Shown piece by piece: positions 6,957 through 17,051 of a DNA stretch of 54,317 nucleotides. Below the pieces are notes generated by a model. The model had not been told where the DNA came from and ran no database searches. It saw only the letters and a program-made list of their open reading frames with translations. The DNA comes from Candidatus Omnitrophota bacterium (GTDB lineage: Bacteria; Omnitrophota; Gorgyraeia; Gorgyraeales; Gorgyraeaceae). Position 1 is the first letter of the stretch. Each line of letters opens with the position of its first letter. The translations under genes and the position numbers were made by a program. The stretch covers positions 1 through 54,317 of the forward strand of contig JBDRBM010000016.1 in NCBI GenBank assembly GCA_043822665.1, read 5' to 3'.

Positions 6957-8957
6957 ATGAAATCTCTAGTCCTGATCCTTTTATTCGCGCTTCTCTTTAT
7001 ATCGCAGATTAATACCATAGTAGACATTGATCTGTGGTGGGGCCTGAAGACAGGCGAATGCATTGTAAAAAATCTTGAGATCCCAAGGGTAGATATCTTT
7101 TCATATACATTACAGGGGCGGCCGTGGATAGATCATGAATGGCTGTCACAGGTATTGTTTTACCTTGTTTTTTCTAAATTCGGATGGCTTGGCCTGAACC
7201 TGCTCAAGGCCTTTGTAATCGGCCTGTGTTTTTTTATAATGTACTTCCTGGCCTCGTCAGGAATCAAAAAGACAGTTTTTCCTTTATTTTTTCTTTTAGT
7301 GTCGATTCTCGCATTTGGCTACAGGTCATTTGTGAGGCCTGAGATATTTTCTTACCTGTTATTCTGCGTTTTTATGTATGTCCTCGAAAAAGAAAGGCCA
7401 TTAGCTGTCCTGCCTTTTTTGCAGATACTATGGGTAAATCTTCACGGTTATTTTATAGCCGGTCCAACGCTTATTTTTCTATATTTTATAGGCGATTTTT
7501 TCTTCGGAGAGAAAAAGAGATCTAAAAAATTCGCAATGGTATTTTTGTGGGCCGTGGCAGCGTGTTTTGTAAACCCCTATTTCTATAAAGGCGCCTTATA
7601 TCCTGTCGCTATAATCACGCAGGCCTTTACCGCGCAGAAATCCTTGATGCGCAACATCCAGGAATTAATGATGCCAGCGAGGCTGAATTTTGCGCGGTTC
7701 TTTTTCTTCTGGATACTTGCTATCCTGGCCAGCGCGACATTTATCGTAAATATCAAAAAAGCAAAGATGAGACATATACTTATTTTTGCCATTTCTTTTA
7801 TTTCCGCTTACCTGGCAATACGCAACATCCCGATTTTTATATTTCCTGCCATGGCCATGGCAGGCATGAATCTGAATAGCTCAGGCCTGACAAAAAGGCT
7901 ATGCGAAAAAAAATACTATATGATATCAATGATTATCATATGCAGCCTCATCTATCTTTTCCTGTCGAACAGATATTACTTATTTACGAACCAATACGGC
8001 ATGAGGAAGACAGAATCAAAATTTTGCAGGCTCCTTACGCCTGAAGGCGCCTGCGATTTTTTAGAAAAAAACAATATCAAAGGCCCTTTATTTAATACGA
8101 TGGATTTCGGGCCCTATATTGGATACAGGTTTTATCCGGAGAAGAGGATTTTTATCGACACCAGGACAGAGCTTTATAGAGATGAGTTTTATAATGCCTA
8201 TCAGAGGGCACAGAATTATCCGGGCGAATGGAAAAGACTCCAGGCCGAATATGGTTTTAACACGGCCTTATTAAGGCATTTGTTTGGCGGGACAGAGAGA
8301 ATCTTGAGGGCACTCTATAAAGATAATGACTGGAGACTCGTCTATTACGATGAAAATTCGTGTATTTTTCTAAGAGATGTCCATGAGAATCAGAATGCCA
8401 TAGAGAGATTCGGCATTGATTTTAGAAAAAAGCAGCTGATACCCTCAGATATCAATATAAACATAGCAAGATTTTTTGAGAAAATAGGAGAACTCGATTT
8501 TGCGGAAGAAGTGTATAAGCGTATCCTGGCAGGGAGCCCCGCGTTTTTAGAGGCAGGCAATAATCTGGGAGGGATATATATAAATAAGGCAAGGTACAAA
8601 GACGCCATTGAATTATTAGAGCGTTTCCTGGCGCGCTATCCTGGATCGGCCGAGCTCTACGCGAATATAGGGACAGCTTACCTGCGATCCGGAGAAAGAG
8701 AAAAAGGCCTGCGGCTTCTGGAGAAGGCCGCGAAGATCGACCCGTATTTAAGAAAGGTATCTTATATGCTTGGGATTGGCTATATGGAAGAAGGGGATCT
8801 TGACAGAGCCCTGTGGCAATTAGTAAAATATTCAAGGCTTGATCCTTATGATCCAGAGGCCCGCAATATCTTAGGAGATATCTATAGGCAGAAAGGCCTT
8901 TTAAAAAAGGCTGACATTGAATATAATGAAGCAAATAAACTGGAAGGCCTGTTATGA
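6957..8957 (+). CDS. polytopic membrane protein (GT-C-like) with C-terminal TPR domain
   Basis: 666 aa. Many TM helices in the N-terminal ~330 aa. First-loop motif DIDLWWGLKTGE...FSYT..GRPWIDHEWLSQ. TPR repeats at the C-terminus. Paralog of 39862-41820. Confidence 0.6.
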   Translation: MKSLVLILLFALLFISQINTIVDIDLWWGLKTGECIVKNLEIPRVDIFSYTLQGRPWIDHEWLSQVLFYLVFSKFGWLGLNLLKAFVIGLCFFIMYFLASSGIKKTVFPLFFLLVSILAFGYRSFVRPEIFSYLLFCVFMYVLEKERPLAVLPFLQILWVNLHGYFIAGPTLIFLYFIGDFFFGEKKRSKKFAMVFLWAVAACFVNPYFYKGALYPVAIITQAFTAQKSLMRNIQELMMPARLNFARFFFFWILAILASATFIVNIKKAKMRHILIFAISFISAYLAIRNIPIFIFPAMAMAGMNLNSSGLTKRLCEKKYYMISMIIICSLIYLFLSNRYYLFTNQYGMRKTESKFCRLLTPEGACDFLEKNNIKGPLFNTMDFGPYIGYRFYPEKRIFIDTRTELYRDEFYNAYQRAQNYPGEWKRLQAEYGFNTALLRHLFGGTERILRALYKDNDWRLVYYDENSCIFLRDVHENQNAIERFGIDFRKKQLIPSDININIARFFEKIGELDFAEEVYKRILAGSPAFLEAGNNLGGIYINKARYKDAIELLERFLARYPGSAELYANIGTAYLRSGEREKGLRLLEKAAKIDPYLRKVSYMLGIGYMEEGDLDRALWQLVKYSRLDPYDPEARNILGDIYRQKGLLKKADIEYNEANKLEGLL

Positions 8958-10207
8958 GCGAAAAGGTTTTTAATTACCTGGAATATAGAAGGCAAAAGGT
9001 GGTGTCTCTTCTGTCTTCTTTAATAGAAATACCTACGGTGAATCCGCCTGGAGAAAATTATGAAAAGATGGTTCTGTTTCTCGAAAAGAGATGCAGGGCC
9101 ATAGGGTTGATGACCAGGAAATACATTACTCCTCAAAAAGTCCTGGACAGATTCGGGATCAAGGGAGGATCTGAGAGAGTAAGCCTTGTTGCTGACTGCC
9201 CGGCAGGCGCGAAAAAGACCTTGCACATTGCCTCTCATTATGATGTCGTGCCTGCTACCGGCAAATGGAAGACAGACCCCTTTAAGGCTGTTGTCAGGGG
9301 TAATAAGATTTACGGCCGGGGCTCAGAAGACATGAAAGGGAACATCACTTCTCTATTATTCGCGTTAGAGGCGATCAAAAGATGCGGGCTAAAACCTGGA
9401 CTAAACCTGCAGGTCTCGTTTACGCCAGATGAAGAAACAGGCGGAATGACAGGCCTTGGTTACCTTATAGATAAAGGCCTTGTCAGGGCAGACTATGCTA
9501 TGAGCGAGGGGCATTCGGGTAGGTATGTTTCAATGGGAAATAAAGGGGTGATGTGGGCTGAGGTTACGGTTAAAGGAAAGGCCTCGCATGCATCCATGCC
9601 TCACAGGGGAGTGAACGCGTTTGAGCACATGACAAGATTATCCGCGGAGTTAGAAGGCCTGAAGAAGCGCATAGCGAAAAGAAAGACCATATTTAATATG
9701 AAAGATTCTATATCAAGGAGCCCGAGCCTTGTAATGGGCGGACTGCTTAAGGGTGGTGTCAAGGTAAATGTGGTCCCTGATACAGCGTGTTTTAGTATTG
9801 ATAGAAGACTGATACCAGAGGAAGATATCAGTCTTGCGCAGGAAGAGATAGAGACTATTATAAAGAAATTCAATACCAGGCATAAAGATTGCAGGGCATA
9901 TGTTAAATTTTCCTCTAAGGAAAGGGCTTCTATTTCTCCGGGAGACAGCGGGTTTTTTAAGATAGTCTCTGATTCAATAAAGGATGTTACAGGTAAACGC
10001 GCGAAGTTTTGTCTGATGACAGGCGCGACAGACCTGAGATATTTTATGCGAAAGGGCGTTCCCGCGCTTGGTTATAGCGCAAAAGGCGGAGAGACCTGGC
10101 ACAGCGACAACGAATTCGTATATATAGACAGTCTCGTTGATACCGCAAAGATCTACGCATTAATAATAACCAAGCTTAACTTAGGCGGGTCAAGTTATCC
10201 ACATTAG
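8954..10207 (+). CDS. M20 family metallopeptidase (ArgE/DapE/ACY1-like)
   Basis: HIASHYDVVPA and GRGSEDMKG metal-binding motifs. ATGA overlap with the upstream gene. The last ~11 codons and the stop lie inside repeat A copy 2. Confidence 0.8.
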   Translation: MSEKVFNYLEYRRQKVVSLLSSLIEIPTVNPPGENYEKMVLFLEKRCRAIGLMTRKYITPQKVLDRFGIKGGSERVSLVADCPAGAKKTLHIASHYDVVPATGKWKTDPFKAVVRGNKIYGRGSEDMKGNITSLLFALEAIKRCGLKPGLNLQVSFTPDEETGGMTGLGYLIDKGLVRADYAMSEGHSGRYVSMGNKGVMWAEVTVKGKASHASMPHRGVNAFEHMTRLSAELEGLKKRIAKRKTIFNMKDSISRSPSLVMGGLLKGGVKVNVVPDTACFSIDRRLIPEEDISLAQEEIETIIKKFNTRHKDCRAYVKFSSKERASISPGDSGFFKIVSDSIKDVTGKRAKFCLMTGATDLRYFMRKGVPALGYSAKGGETWHSDNEFVYIDSLVDTAKIYALIITKLNLGGSSYPH

Positions 10208-10277
10208 TAGGGGACCCTTAAGGGTCCCCTACTAATGTGTGCCTACAAAAAGGAATTTCCTATTATATTAAGTTAAG
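10175..10277. repeat. Composite palindromic repeat, family A copy 2 (inverted relative to copy 1)
   Basis: Identical 40-bp palindrome at 10200-10239. Termini cttaactta / taagttaag. Contains ttatccaca at 10193-10201. Confidence 0.85.
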
Positions 10278-10285
10278 GAGGGGTA

Positions 10286-13114
10286 ATGGCGGAGAGCGTG
10301 ATAAGGATAATAGGCGCAAAGGAGCATAACTTGAAGGATATCAGCCTGGATATCCCGCGCAATAAACTCGTTGTGATTACAGGGTTGAGCGGTTCGGGTA
10401 AGTCCTCCCTTGCCTTTGATACGATTTACGCGGAAGGTCAACGCAGGTACGTGGAAAGCCTTTCTGCTTATGCGCGCCAGTTCCTGGAGCAGCTTGAAAA
10501 GCCGAATGTTGAGCATATCGAGGGCATGTCGCCCGCTATTTCTATTGAGCAGAGAAGATCAGGCGGTAACCCGCGCTCTACAGTAGGGACCACCACCGAG
10601 GTTTATGACTATATGAGGCTTTTATTTGCGCGGATAGGCACACCTTATTGTTATAAGTGCGGACAGAAAATAGTGCGTCAAACTCAGGATGAGATATTGA
10701 ATAGGATTTTGCAGTATCCGAGCGGCAGCCAGCTTTTAGTACTGGCGCCTATTGTTAGAGGGAGAAAAGGCGAGTATTGTAATTTATTTGAAGAATTAAA
10801 AAGACAGGGTTTTATAAGGGTTAGGGTGGACGGGAATACTGCCTCACTGGAGGAAAAGATAAAGATAGATAAGAACAAAAAGCACACTATAGAGGTAATA
10901 GTAGATAGGCTTGTTGTCGGAAATGATGTGCGCGGTAGACTGGCTGATTCAATAGAGATTGCATTGAAGGTTGGGAAAGGCCTGGTATTAGTATCGAAGA
11001 GCACCCTGAGTAAAGCCGAGGCCGAACCTCGCCGAGGCTTGACCTCGACTAAAGCGGAAGAAACGCTTTTCAGTGAGATATACTCTTGTCCTAAGTGCGG
11101 GGTGAGCTATGAAGAAATAGAACCCAGGATATTTTCATTCAACAGCCCGTATGGAGCTTGTCAATCATGCGGGGGGTTAGGGACCAAAGTGGACATAGAT
11201 GCGGACCTTGTGATTCCGGATAAATCAAAACCCTTAAAACAGGCAATAAAACCATGGCGCGTAGGCGGGATGAGAATAATCCTGCATTACAGAAGGCGCT
11301 TAAGAAAATTAGCCAATGAATCCGGTTTTGATCTGGACATGCCATTTGATCAGATACCTGAGGATGTAAGAAAGATAATTATCTATGGGTCAGGGCCTGA
11401 TGAATGCCCATATTTTGAAGGAGTTGTGCCTAATCTTCTGAGGCGGCTTAAGGAGACAGAGAGCGAGTTCATGCGAAGAGAAATTAATAAATATACAACC
11501 GAGACCACCTGCCCCGCGTGTAATGGAAAGCGCCTAAGGCCAGAGACCCTTTCTATAAAAATAGGAGAAAGATCAATAAGCGATGTTACAGCGTTTTCAA
11601 TCAAAGAAGCCAGGCAGTTTTTTTCCAGCTTAAATCTTACTGAAAAACAGGAGAAGATAGGCCATCAGATTTTAAAAGAGATACTGGAACGCCTGAATTT
11701 TATGGCTAACGTAGGCCTGGATTACCTGACGCTCGACAGGCAGAGTTCCACGCTTTCGGGCGGAGAGGCCCAGAGAATTAGACTTGCTACGCAGATAGGC
11801 GCGGGCCTTGTGGGGGTGGTATATATCCTGGACGAACCCAGTATAGGCCTGCACCAGAAAGATAATTCAAAACTATTAGATACGCTCAAGGCCCTAAGAG
11901 ATCTTGGGAATACCCTGATAGTAGTTGAACATGACGAGGCTACTATAAGAAACGCTGATTATATAATAGACCTTGGCCCTGGCGCCGGTAAACACGGAGG
12001 TTATGTTGTCGCGCAAGGCGCACTCGATCAAATATTGAAATCCACGGAATCTCTGACAGGGAAATATCTGCGCGGTCAGTTAAAGATACCTGTGCCAAAA
12101 AAGAGAAGGAAAAAGATAAAAGGAAAGGCTCTCGTAATAAAAGGCGCCAGAGAACACAATCTTAATAATATAGACGTTGAGATACCGCTCGGTCTTTTCG
12201 TATGCGTGACAGGGGTTTCAGGTTCCGGGAAAAGCACGCTTGTGGACGATATACTTTACAGGGCGCTTGCAAAACATATTTACGGCTCAAAACAAAAACC
12301 AGGGTTACATAAGAATATAAATGGGATAGAAGGCATAGATAAGGTGGTGGTGGTTGATCAAACCCCTATTGGCAGGACGCCGCGTTCAAACCCCGCGACA
12401 TATACAGGTATTTTTTCTTTTGTAAGAGATGTGTTTGCCAGGTTACCTGAGGCAAGGATGAAAGGGTACAGGCCTGGCCGATTCAGTTTCAACGTAAAAG
12501 GCGGAAGATGCGAGGCCTGCCAGGGCGATGGGATTAAGAAAATAGAGATGCATTTTTTGCCAGATGTTTATGTAAAATGCGAGGTCTGTAACGGCAGGCG
12601 CTACAATCATGAAACTCTCCAGGTTTTATACAAGGGTAAGTCAATAGCAGACGCGCTTGAGATGACAGTCGAGGATGCGACCGAGCTCTTTAAAAACATA
12701 CCATCCATACATCAGAAATTAAAAATACTCAACGAGGTCGGCCTTGGTTATATTGAGCTTGGCCAGTCTGCAACCACGCTTTCAGGTGGCGAAGCCCAAA
12801 GGGTAAAGCTTGCCACGGAATTGAGTAAGATAGGGACAGGAAAGACACTTTATATTCTTGACGAGCCTACCACAGGCCTTCACTTTGCTGATATTGAAAA
12901 ATTATTAAAGGTCCTGCATGCGCTGGTGGATGCGAAAAATACTGTCCTTGTTATAGAGCATAATCTCGATGTCATAAAGTCAGCTGACTATGTAATAGAC
13001 CTTGGCCCTGGAGGAGGCGATGCAGGCGGCAATGTAGTGGCTTGCGGTACCCCTGAGGAAATAATTAAATCAGCTGAATCATATACAGGAGCGTATCTAA
13101 AAAACACCTTGTAA
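10286..13114 (+). CDS. uvrA: excinuclease ABC subunit A
   Basis: 942 aa. Two ABC modules ([18 protein letters not shown], two LSGGEAQR signatures) and zinc-finger CxxC pairs. Confidence 0.95.
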   Translation: MAESVIRIIGAKEHNLKDISLDIPRNKLVVITGLSGSGKSSLAFDTIYAEGQRRYVESLSAYARQFLEQLEKPNVEHIEGMSPAISIEQRRSGGNPRSTVGTTTEVYDYMRLLFARIGTPYCYKCGQKIVRQTQDEILNRILQYPSGSQLLVLAPIVRGRKGEYCNLFEELKRQGFIRVRVDGNTASLEEKIKIDKNKKHTIEVIVDRLVVGNDVRGRLADSIEIALKVGKGLVLVSKSTLSKAEAEPRRGLTSTKAEETLFSEIYSCPKCGVSYEEIEPRIFSFNSPYGACQSCGGLGTKVDIDADLVIPDKSKPLKQAIKPWRVGGMRIILHYRRRLRKLANESGFDLDMPFDQIPEDVRKIIIYGSGPDECPYFEGVVPNLLRRLKETESEFMRREINKYTTETTCPACNGKRLRPETLSIKIGERSISDVTAFSIKEARQFFSSLNLTEKQEKIGHQILKEILERLNFMANVGLDYLTLDRQSSTLSGGEAQRIRLATQIGAGLVGVVYILDEPSIGLHQKDNSKLLDTLKALRDLGNTLIVVEHDEATIRNADYIIDLGPGAGKHGGYVVAQGALDQILKSTESLTGKYLRGQLKIPVPKKRRKKIKGKALVIKGAREHNLNNIDVEIPLGLFVCVTGVSGSGKSTLVDDILYRALAKHIYGSKQKPGLHKNINGIEGIDKVVVVDQTPIGRTPRSNPATYTGIFSFVRDVFARLPEARMKGYRPGRFSFNVKGGRCEACQGDGIKKIEMHFLPDVYVKCEVCNGRRYNHETLQVLYKGKSIADALEMTVEDATELFKNIPSIHQKLKILNEVGLGYIELGQSATTLSGGEAQRVKLATELSKIGTGKTLYILDEPTTGLHFADIEKLLKVLHALVDAKNTVLVIEHNLDVIKSADYVIDLGPGGGDAGGNVVACGTPEEIIKSAESYTGAYLKNTL

Positions 13115-13170
13115 TACTTTTAATGTTGGTTAACACTTATAAATAAACGCATAGGTAGAGCTATTCATCT

Positions 13171-13350
13171 GAGTTTTAGGCCTGTCTGGGGTCTGAGGCA
13201 CATTAGGAAAGTTTTGGCAAAAGTCCGCAAGGATTTATAGCAAGCTTCGATCATGGTAGCCTGCTATAGCCTGACACAGAAGCGAGCTGTAAACCGTAGC
13301 GGACGGCAAAACTTTCCAGTGCCGAATGGTCCCAGACAGGCCTAAAACTC
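13171..13350 (+). ncRNA. Rod-like structured element (candidate 6S-like RNA or MITE); strand not determinable
   Basis: Perfect 20-bp closing stem (13171-13190 / 13331-13350). Internal loops surround a 5-bp ggcac/gtgcc helix. Further in: a perfect 11-bp stem (13206-13216 / 13307-13317), a 6-bp stem gtccgc/gcggac, and a branched apical region. No ORF. Confidence 0.35.
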
Positions 13351-13413
13351 AAGTGACCCGGCAGAGGAATTTTCTTGAATAATAGGTCTATCAGTGATAT
13401 AGTTATAAACAAG

Positions 13414-15879
13414 ATGAAAACCATAGGATATATATTTATTATAATAGGATTTATATTACTGCTATCTTTTCCTATATATTCTAATGCATCATCCGATGAC
13501 GATTTTATACTTGCCAGTAAATCATTTCAGGACGGTTTTTACGAAATAGCCGTTAAATCATTAGAAAAGTTTATATCCGAAAATCCCCAAAGGCCGGAAA
13601 TACCAGAAGCGCGCCTTTTATTAGCGAAGTCCCTTATAAATCTTGGCAGGTTCAATGATGCCATGCGCGAACTTGACACTGTTGTCAATTCGAAAGATAG
13701 CGAAAGATTCAAAGACGAAATCATATACTGGAAAGCAGAAATTTACTTTAGAACCAGGAATTTCGCAAAAGCAAAGGAATTTTACAGCAGGATATTGAAA
13801 GATGTTCCTTCTTCAAAATTCGCTCCGTATGCCAGCTATTCACTGGCCTGGTCTTTGTATGAAGAAAAAAAATATAAAGAGGCGCTGGATGGATTTTCAT
13901 TATTCCTGTCAGAATACCCTTCCCATGACTTTGCAGACGACGCGGAGCTAAAGAGCGGAGAGATATTGTACAGGCTTAAGCAGTACAAAGATTCAAGAGA
14001 GAGACTTTCCGATTTCATATCCAAAGAAAAAGAAACGAAAAAATTAGCAACGGCGAATTTTTATATAGCAGAGGATCTCTATTATTCAGGAGATTACGAG
14101 AGCGCTATAAAATATTATGATAAAGCGCTTATGTTAACCCCTGATATGGATAATGATATATACGCCATGCATGGGATGGCATGGAGCTATATAAGATTAA
14201 AAAGGTATGAGGATGCCATAAAGACATTCAAGAATTTGGAAAACATAAAAAAAGATAACCCGATTATAGACTCTGTTTATTTTGGACAAGCAGAGGCCTT
14301 TAGGAGACTTGGGAGATTTGATGAAGCAATCAAAAATTACAGCCAGATAATAGAAGGGTTTCCTAAGAGCAAATGGCTGCCGAACGTGTATCTTGGCAAA
14401 GGCGAAGCACTGTATAACCTGGGCCTTTATCAGGATGCCGCCAACACCTTAAAAGAAGGCTTAAGATTGTTTTCTTCCAGCGAATATTCGGACGACATGC
14501 ATTATAACCTTGGCTGGATCTATTTTAAGATAAACAAGTTTGGCGAGGCAATAGAAGAATTCAGTAAGGTGGCGAAAGAGTCCAACAGCGATTTATACCG
14601 CATTTCTTCATACTGCAGGCTGGGTGATGCCTACGCCGCCATGAACCAAGATGAGAAGGCGCTGAATGTCTATGACATGGCCCTAAAAGAGGCCATTGTC
14701 AATCCGGACGCCGTATTTGGTTATGTTGATTACGCGCAGTATCAAATTGGGCGTATATTATTTAAACTCGAAAGATATGAGGGCGCAATACTGGCGTTCC
14801 AGAGTTTATTAAAAAATTACGCGGGTTCCCAGAACACAGAAGACGCGAAATTTGGCCTTGGAGTTTCGTATTTCAAAAAAGGCGATTACGAATCAGCTAT
14901 AAAAGAATTAAAAGATTTTCTGGCTGATTTCAAAAATAGTAAACATAAAGATGACGCTAGATTTTATCTTGCAAGCGCATTTTATAACCTTCCTGATTAT
15001 AAAGAGGCGCTTAATATATATAAAAGTATACTGTCGAATGACAAAAGCCAAGAGTACGCAAGTCAGGTCATGTACGAAATAGGCTGGTGTTATTACAAGA
15101 TGGGAGACACCAAGAAGGCATTGTCTCAGTTCGAGGATTTTATAGAAAAATATGGAGACGATGATTTATCTCAGGATGCGCGTTTCTGGATAGCGGAGTA
15201 TCACGCGGATAAAAAGGATTTTGAAAAGGCAAAAAGTTATTTCCTCGATCTAATAAAGACATACCCTAAAGGAGCGCTGACCGATGACGCTGAATACAGG
15301 CTTGCCATTATATTTTATGAAACAGGAGAGGAAAATAAAAGCCTTAAAACCCTGGAAAAACTGATAGAGTTTTATCCCGATAGCGAACTTATACCTGCCG
15401 CAAAACTCAAGATAGCCGAGATATTGATAGAAAAAGAGGATTTTTTAGAGGCAAAAGAATTGTTAAAACGTCTGGTCTCTGAATTCAAGGGCACTGCTTA
15501 CGTTAATGTCGCGTCAAAATATTTCGGTGATATTCTTAAAAAGGAAGGCGGGCTCAAAGACGCCATTGAATATTACAAAAAGGCCATAGATGGCAGGCGC
15601 GGAGACTTTAACGCCAATATTCAGTATATGATAGGCCAACTCTATGAAGCGATGGGAGATATTGATAACGCAATAGTAGAGTATATGAAGGTCGCGTATA
15701 TTTACCCTGATTCTACACAAATAGTAGTTGCTTCACAGATGGCCAGCGCAAGATTGTTTGAGAAGGAAACTAAGTGGCACGACGCGGAAAGGATTTACAA
15801 AAAGATATCAGCCATGGAAGTAAATGAATCCACATACGCAAAAGAACGGTTGCAGTGGATAAGGAGAAATAAGCGCTAA
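13414..15879 (+). CDS. large secreted TPR-repeat protein (YbgF/CpoB/BamD-like repeats)
   Basis: About 820 aa of tandem TPR-like repeats after a signal/anchor sequence MKTIGYIFIIIGFILLLSFPIYSNA. The ORF track starts at a TTG at 13375. Followed by tolQ/tolR. Confidence 0.7.
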   Translation: MKTIGYIFIIIGFILLLSFPIYSNASSDDDFILASKSFQDGFYEIAVKSLEKFISENPQRPEIPEARLLLAKSLINLGRFNDAMRELDTVVNSKDSERFKDEIIYWKAEIYFRTRNFAKAKEFYSRILKDVPSSKFAPYASYSLAWSLYEEKKYKEALDGFSLFLSEYPSHDFADDAELKSGEILYRLKQYKDSRERLSDFISKEKETKKLATANFYIAEDLYYSGDYESAIKYYDKALMLTPDMDNDIYAMHGMAWSYIRLKRYEDAIKTFKNLENIKKDNPIIDSVYFGQAEAFRRLGRFDEAIKNYSQIIEGFPKSKWLPNVYLGKGEALYNLGLYQDAANTLKEGLRLFSSSEYSDDMHYNLGWIYFKINKFGEAIEEFSKVAKESNSDLYRISSYCRLGDAYAAMNQDEKALNVYDMALKEAIVNPDAVFGYVDYAQYQIGRILFKLERYEGAILAFQSLLKNYAGSQNTEDAKFGLGVSYFKKGDYESAIKELKDFLADFKNSKHKDDARFYLASAFYNLPDYKEALNIYKSILSNDKSQEYASQVMYEIGWCYYKMGDTKKALSQFEDFIEKYGDDDLSQDARFWIAEYHADKKDFEKAKSYFLDLIKTYPKGALTDDAEYRLAIIFYETGEENKSLKTLEKLIEFYPDSELIPAAKLKIAEILIEKEDFLEAKELLKRLVSEFKGTAYVNVASKYFGDILKKEGGLKDAIEYYKKAIDGRRGDFNANIQYMIGQLYEAMGDIDNAIVEYMKVAYIYPDSTQIVVASQMASARLFEKETKWHDAERIYKKISAMEVNESTYAKERLQWIRRNKR

Positions 15880-15907
15880 CCTGAGTAATTAAAAAGGAGG
15901 AGTTAAA

Positions 15908-16525
15908 ATGTTTGAATTGATTCAAAAAGGCGGGCCCGTGATGTACCCGATCGTGTTTTGTTCGGTTCTAGCTCTTGCTATAATCATCGAAAGGTTTTAT
16001 CATCTCTACAAGGCTAAAATAGACACAAAAGATTTTATGAATAATGTAGAGATTACGATAAAGCGCAACAGGATTGCCGAAGCCATAAAGATATGCGACA
16101 AAACACCAGGCCCTATCTCAAGAATAGTTAAGGCCGGGATATTAAAGCATGATAGAACCAGACAGGAGATAAGGGAGTCGATTGAAGATGCGGGTCACCA
16201 GGAAGTGCCAATGCTTGAAAAACACCTGAGCCTTTTGGCCACAATAGCCCATATCTCGCCATTACTGGGGTTATTAGGCACTGTTACTGGTATGGTCAGG
16301 GCATTTCAGATAATCCAGGAAAAATCAGCTTCTTTTAATCCTGTAAGCCCTGGAGATCTTGCGGGCGGTATATGGGAAGCGCTTCTTACGACAGTGGCAG
16401 GTTTGATAGTCGCCATACCTGTAGTTGTAGCTTATAATTACTTGGTTAGCCGGGTGGATGAATTTGTCCTTGAAATGGAACACAGCGCAACAGAGGTAAT
16501 GAACATATTGTCGGAGAGAGTATAA
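15908..16525 (+). CDS. MotA/TolQ/ExbB proton-channel protein
   Basis: 205 aa, 3 TM helices, conserved C-terminal GLLGTVTGM...AL.TT..GL..AIP motif. SD aaaaggagg. Confidence 0.85.
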   Translation: MFELIQKGGPVMYPIVFCSVLALAIIIERFYHLYKAKIDTKDFMNNVEITIKRNRIAEAIKICDKTPGPISRIVKAGILKHDRTRQEIRESIEDAGHQEVPMLEKHLSLLATIAHISPLLGLLGTVTGMVRAFQIIQEKSASFNPVSPGDLAGGIWEALLTTVAGLIVAIPVVVAYNYLVSRVDEFVLEMEHSATEVMNILSERV

Positions 16526-16573
16526 CGCAAAGCAGGAAATATGCTATGCGCCATGCTCTTTGCGCTATGCTAT
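16526..16573. repeat. Heptad-type leader repeat, family C copy 1
   Basis: cgcaaag ... ctatgcg ccatgct ctttgcg ctatgct, immediately before SD aaggaga of the tolR-like gene. Confidence 0.7.
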
Positions 16574-16586
16574 AAGGAGAACTACC

Positions 16587-16988
16587 ATGCAATTAAAACG
16601 ACACGTCCAATTTGAGAAGGGCCACCTTGATATAGCGCCTCTAATAGACTGTATTTTTTTGCTGCTTATATTTTTTCTCCTCACGTCAAATTTTATATTC
16701 CAGCCGGGGATAAAGATAAATCTTCCAAAAGCAGTGACCAGCGAAGTAGTGCAGGAGAATACACTTGTAATAACCGTTACGGCAGATAATAGGTTCTATT
16801 TAAACGAATCACCTATAACTTTCCTGGAGCTAAAGGATAAGCTTAAGGCCACATCCGGAAAAAATAAACCCATACTTATAAAGGCAGATAGGGATGTTGG
16901 GCTGGGCAAGGTTGTCAGCTTGTGGGATTTTTGCAGGGATGTTGGTATTACACAGGTAAATATCGCGACTAATCAGGAGGTCAGATAA
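16587..16988 (+). CDS. ExbD/TolR family biopolymer transport protein
   Basis: ATG at 16587 after SD aaggaga. IAPLIDCIFLLLIFFL TM helix and a periplasmic domain typical of ExbD/TolR. Confidence 0.85.
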   Translation: MQLKRHVQFEKGHLDIAPLIDCIFLLLIFFLLTSNFIFQPGIKINLPKAVTSEVVQENTLVITVTADNRFYLNESPITFLELKDKLKATSGKNKPILIKADRDVGLGKVVSLWDFCRDVGITQVNIATNQEVR

Positions 16989-16990
16989 AG

Positions 16991-17050
16991 AGCTTTCAGC
17001 CTTCAGCCGTCAGTCAATAACCGATAGCTGAAAGCTGATAGCCGAAGGCT
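16991..17050. repeat. Heptad-periodic inverted repeat, family B copy 2
   Basis: tttcagc cttcagc cgtcagt ... gctgaaa gctgata gccgaag. Fills the gap between the tolR-like and TonB-like genes. Confidence 0.85.
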
Positions 17051-17051
17051 T

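Noticed and set aside
6944-6963. Tandem 10-bp duplication cttatgaaat cttatgaaat at the start of the 666-aa gene
   Set aside because: It creates two ATGs 10 nt apart in different frames, and only the second opens the long ORF. This is probably trivial slippage with no further support for a regulatory role.
10193-10201. DnaA-box 9-mers (TTATCCACA) as evidence for a replication origin
   Set aside because: The boxes are dispersed over 40 kb, and each is embedded in a family A repeat. There is no cluster, no AT-rich unwinding element and no dnaA/dnaN nearby, so this is not an oriC.
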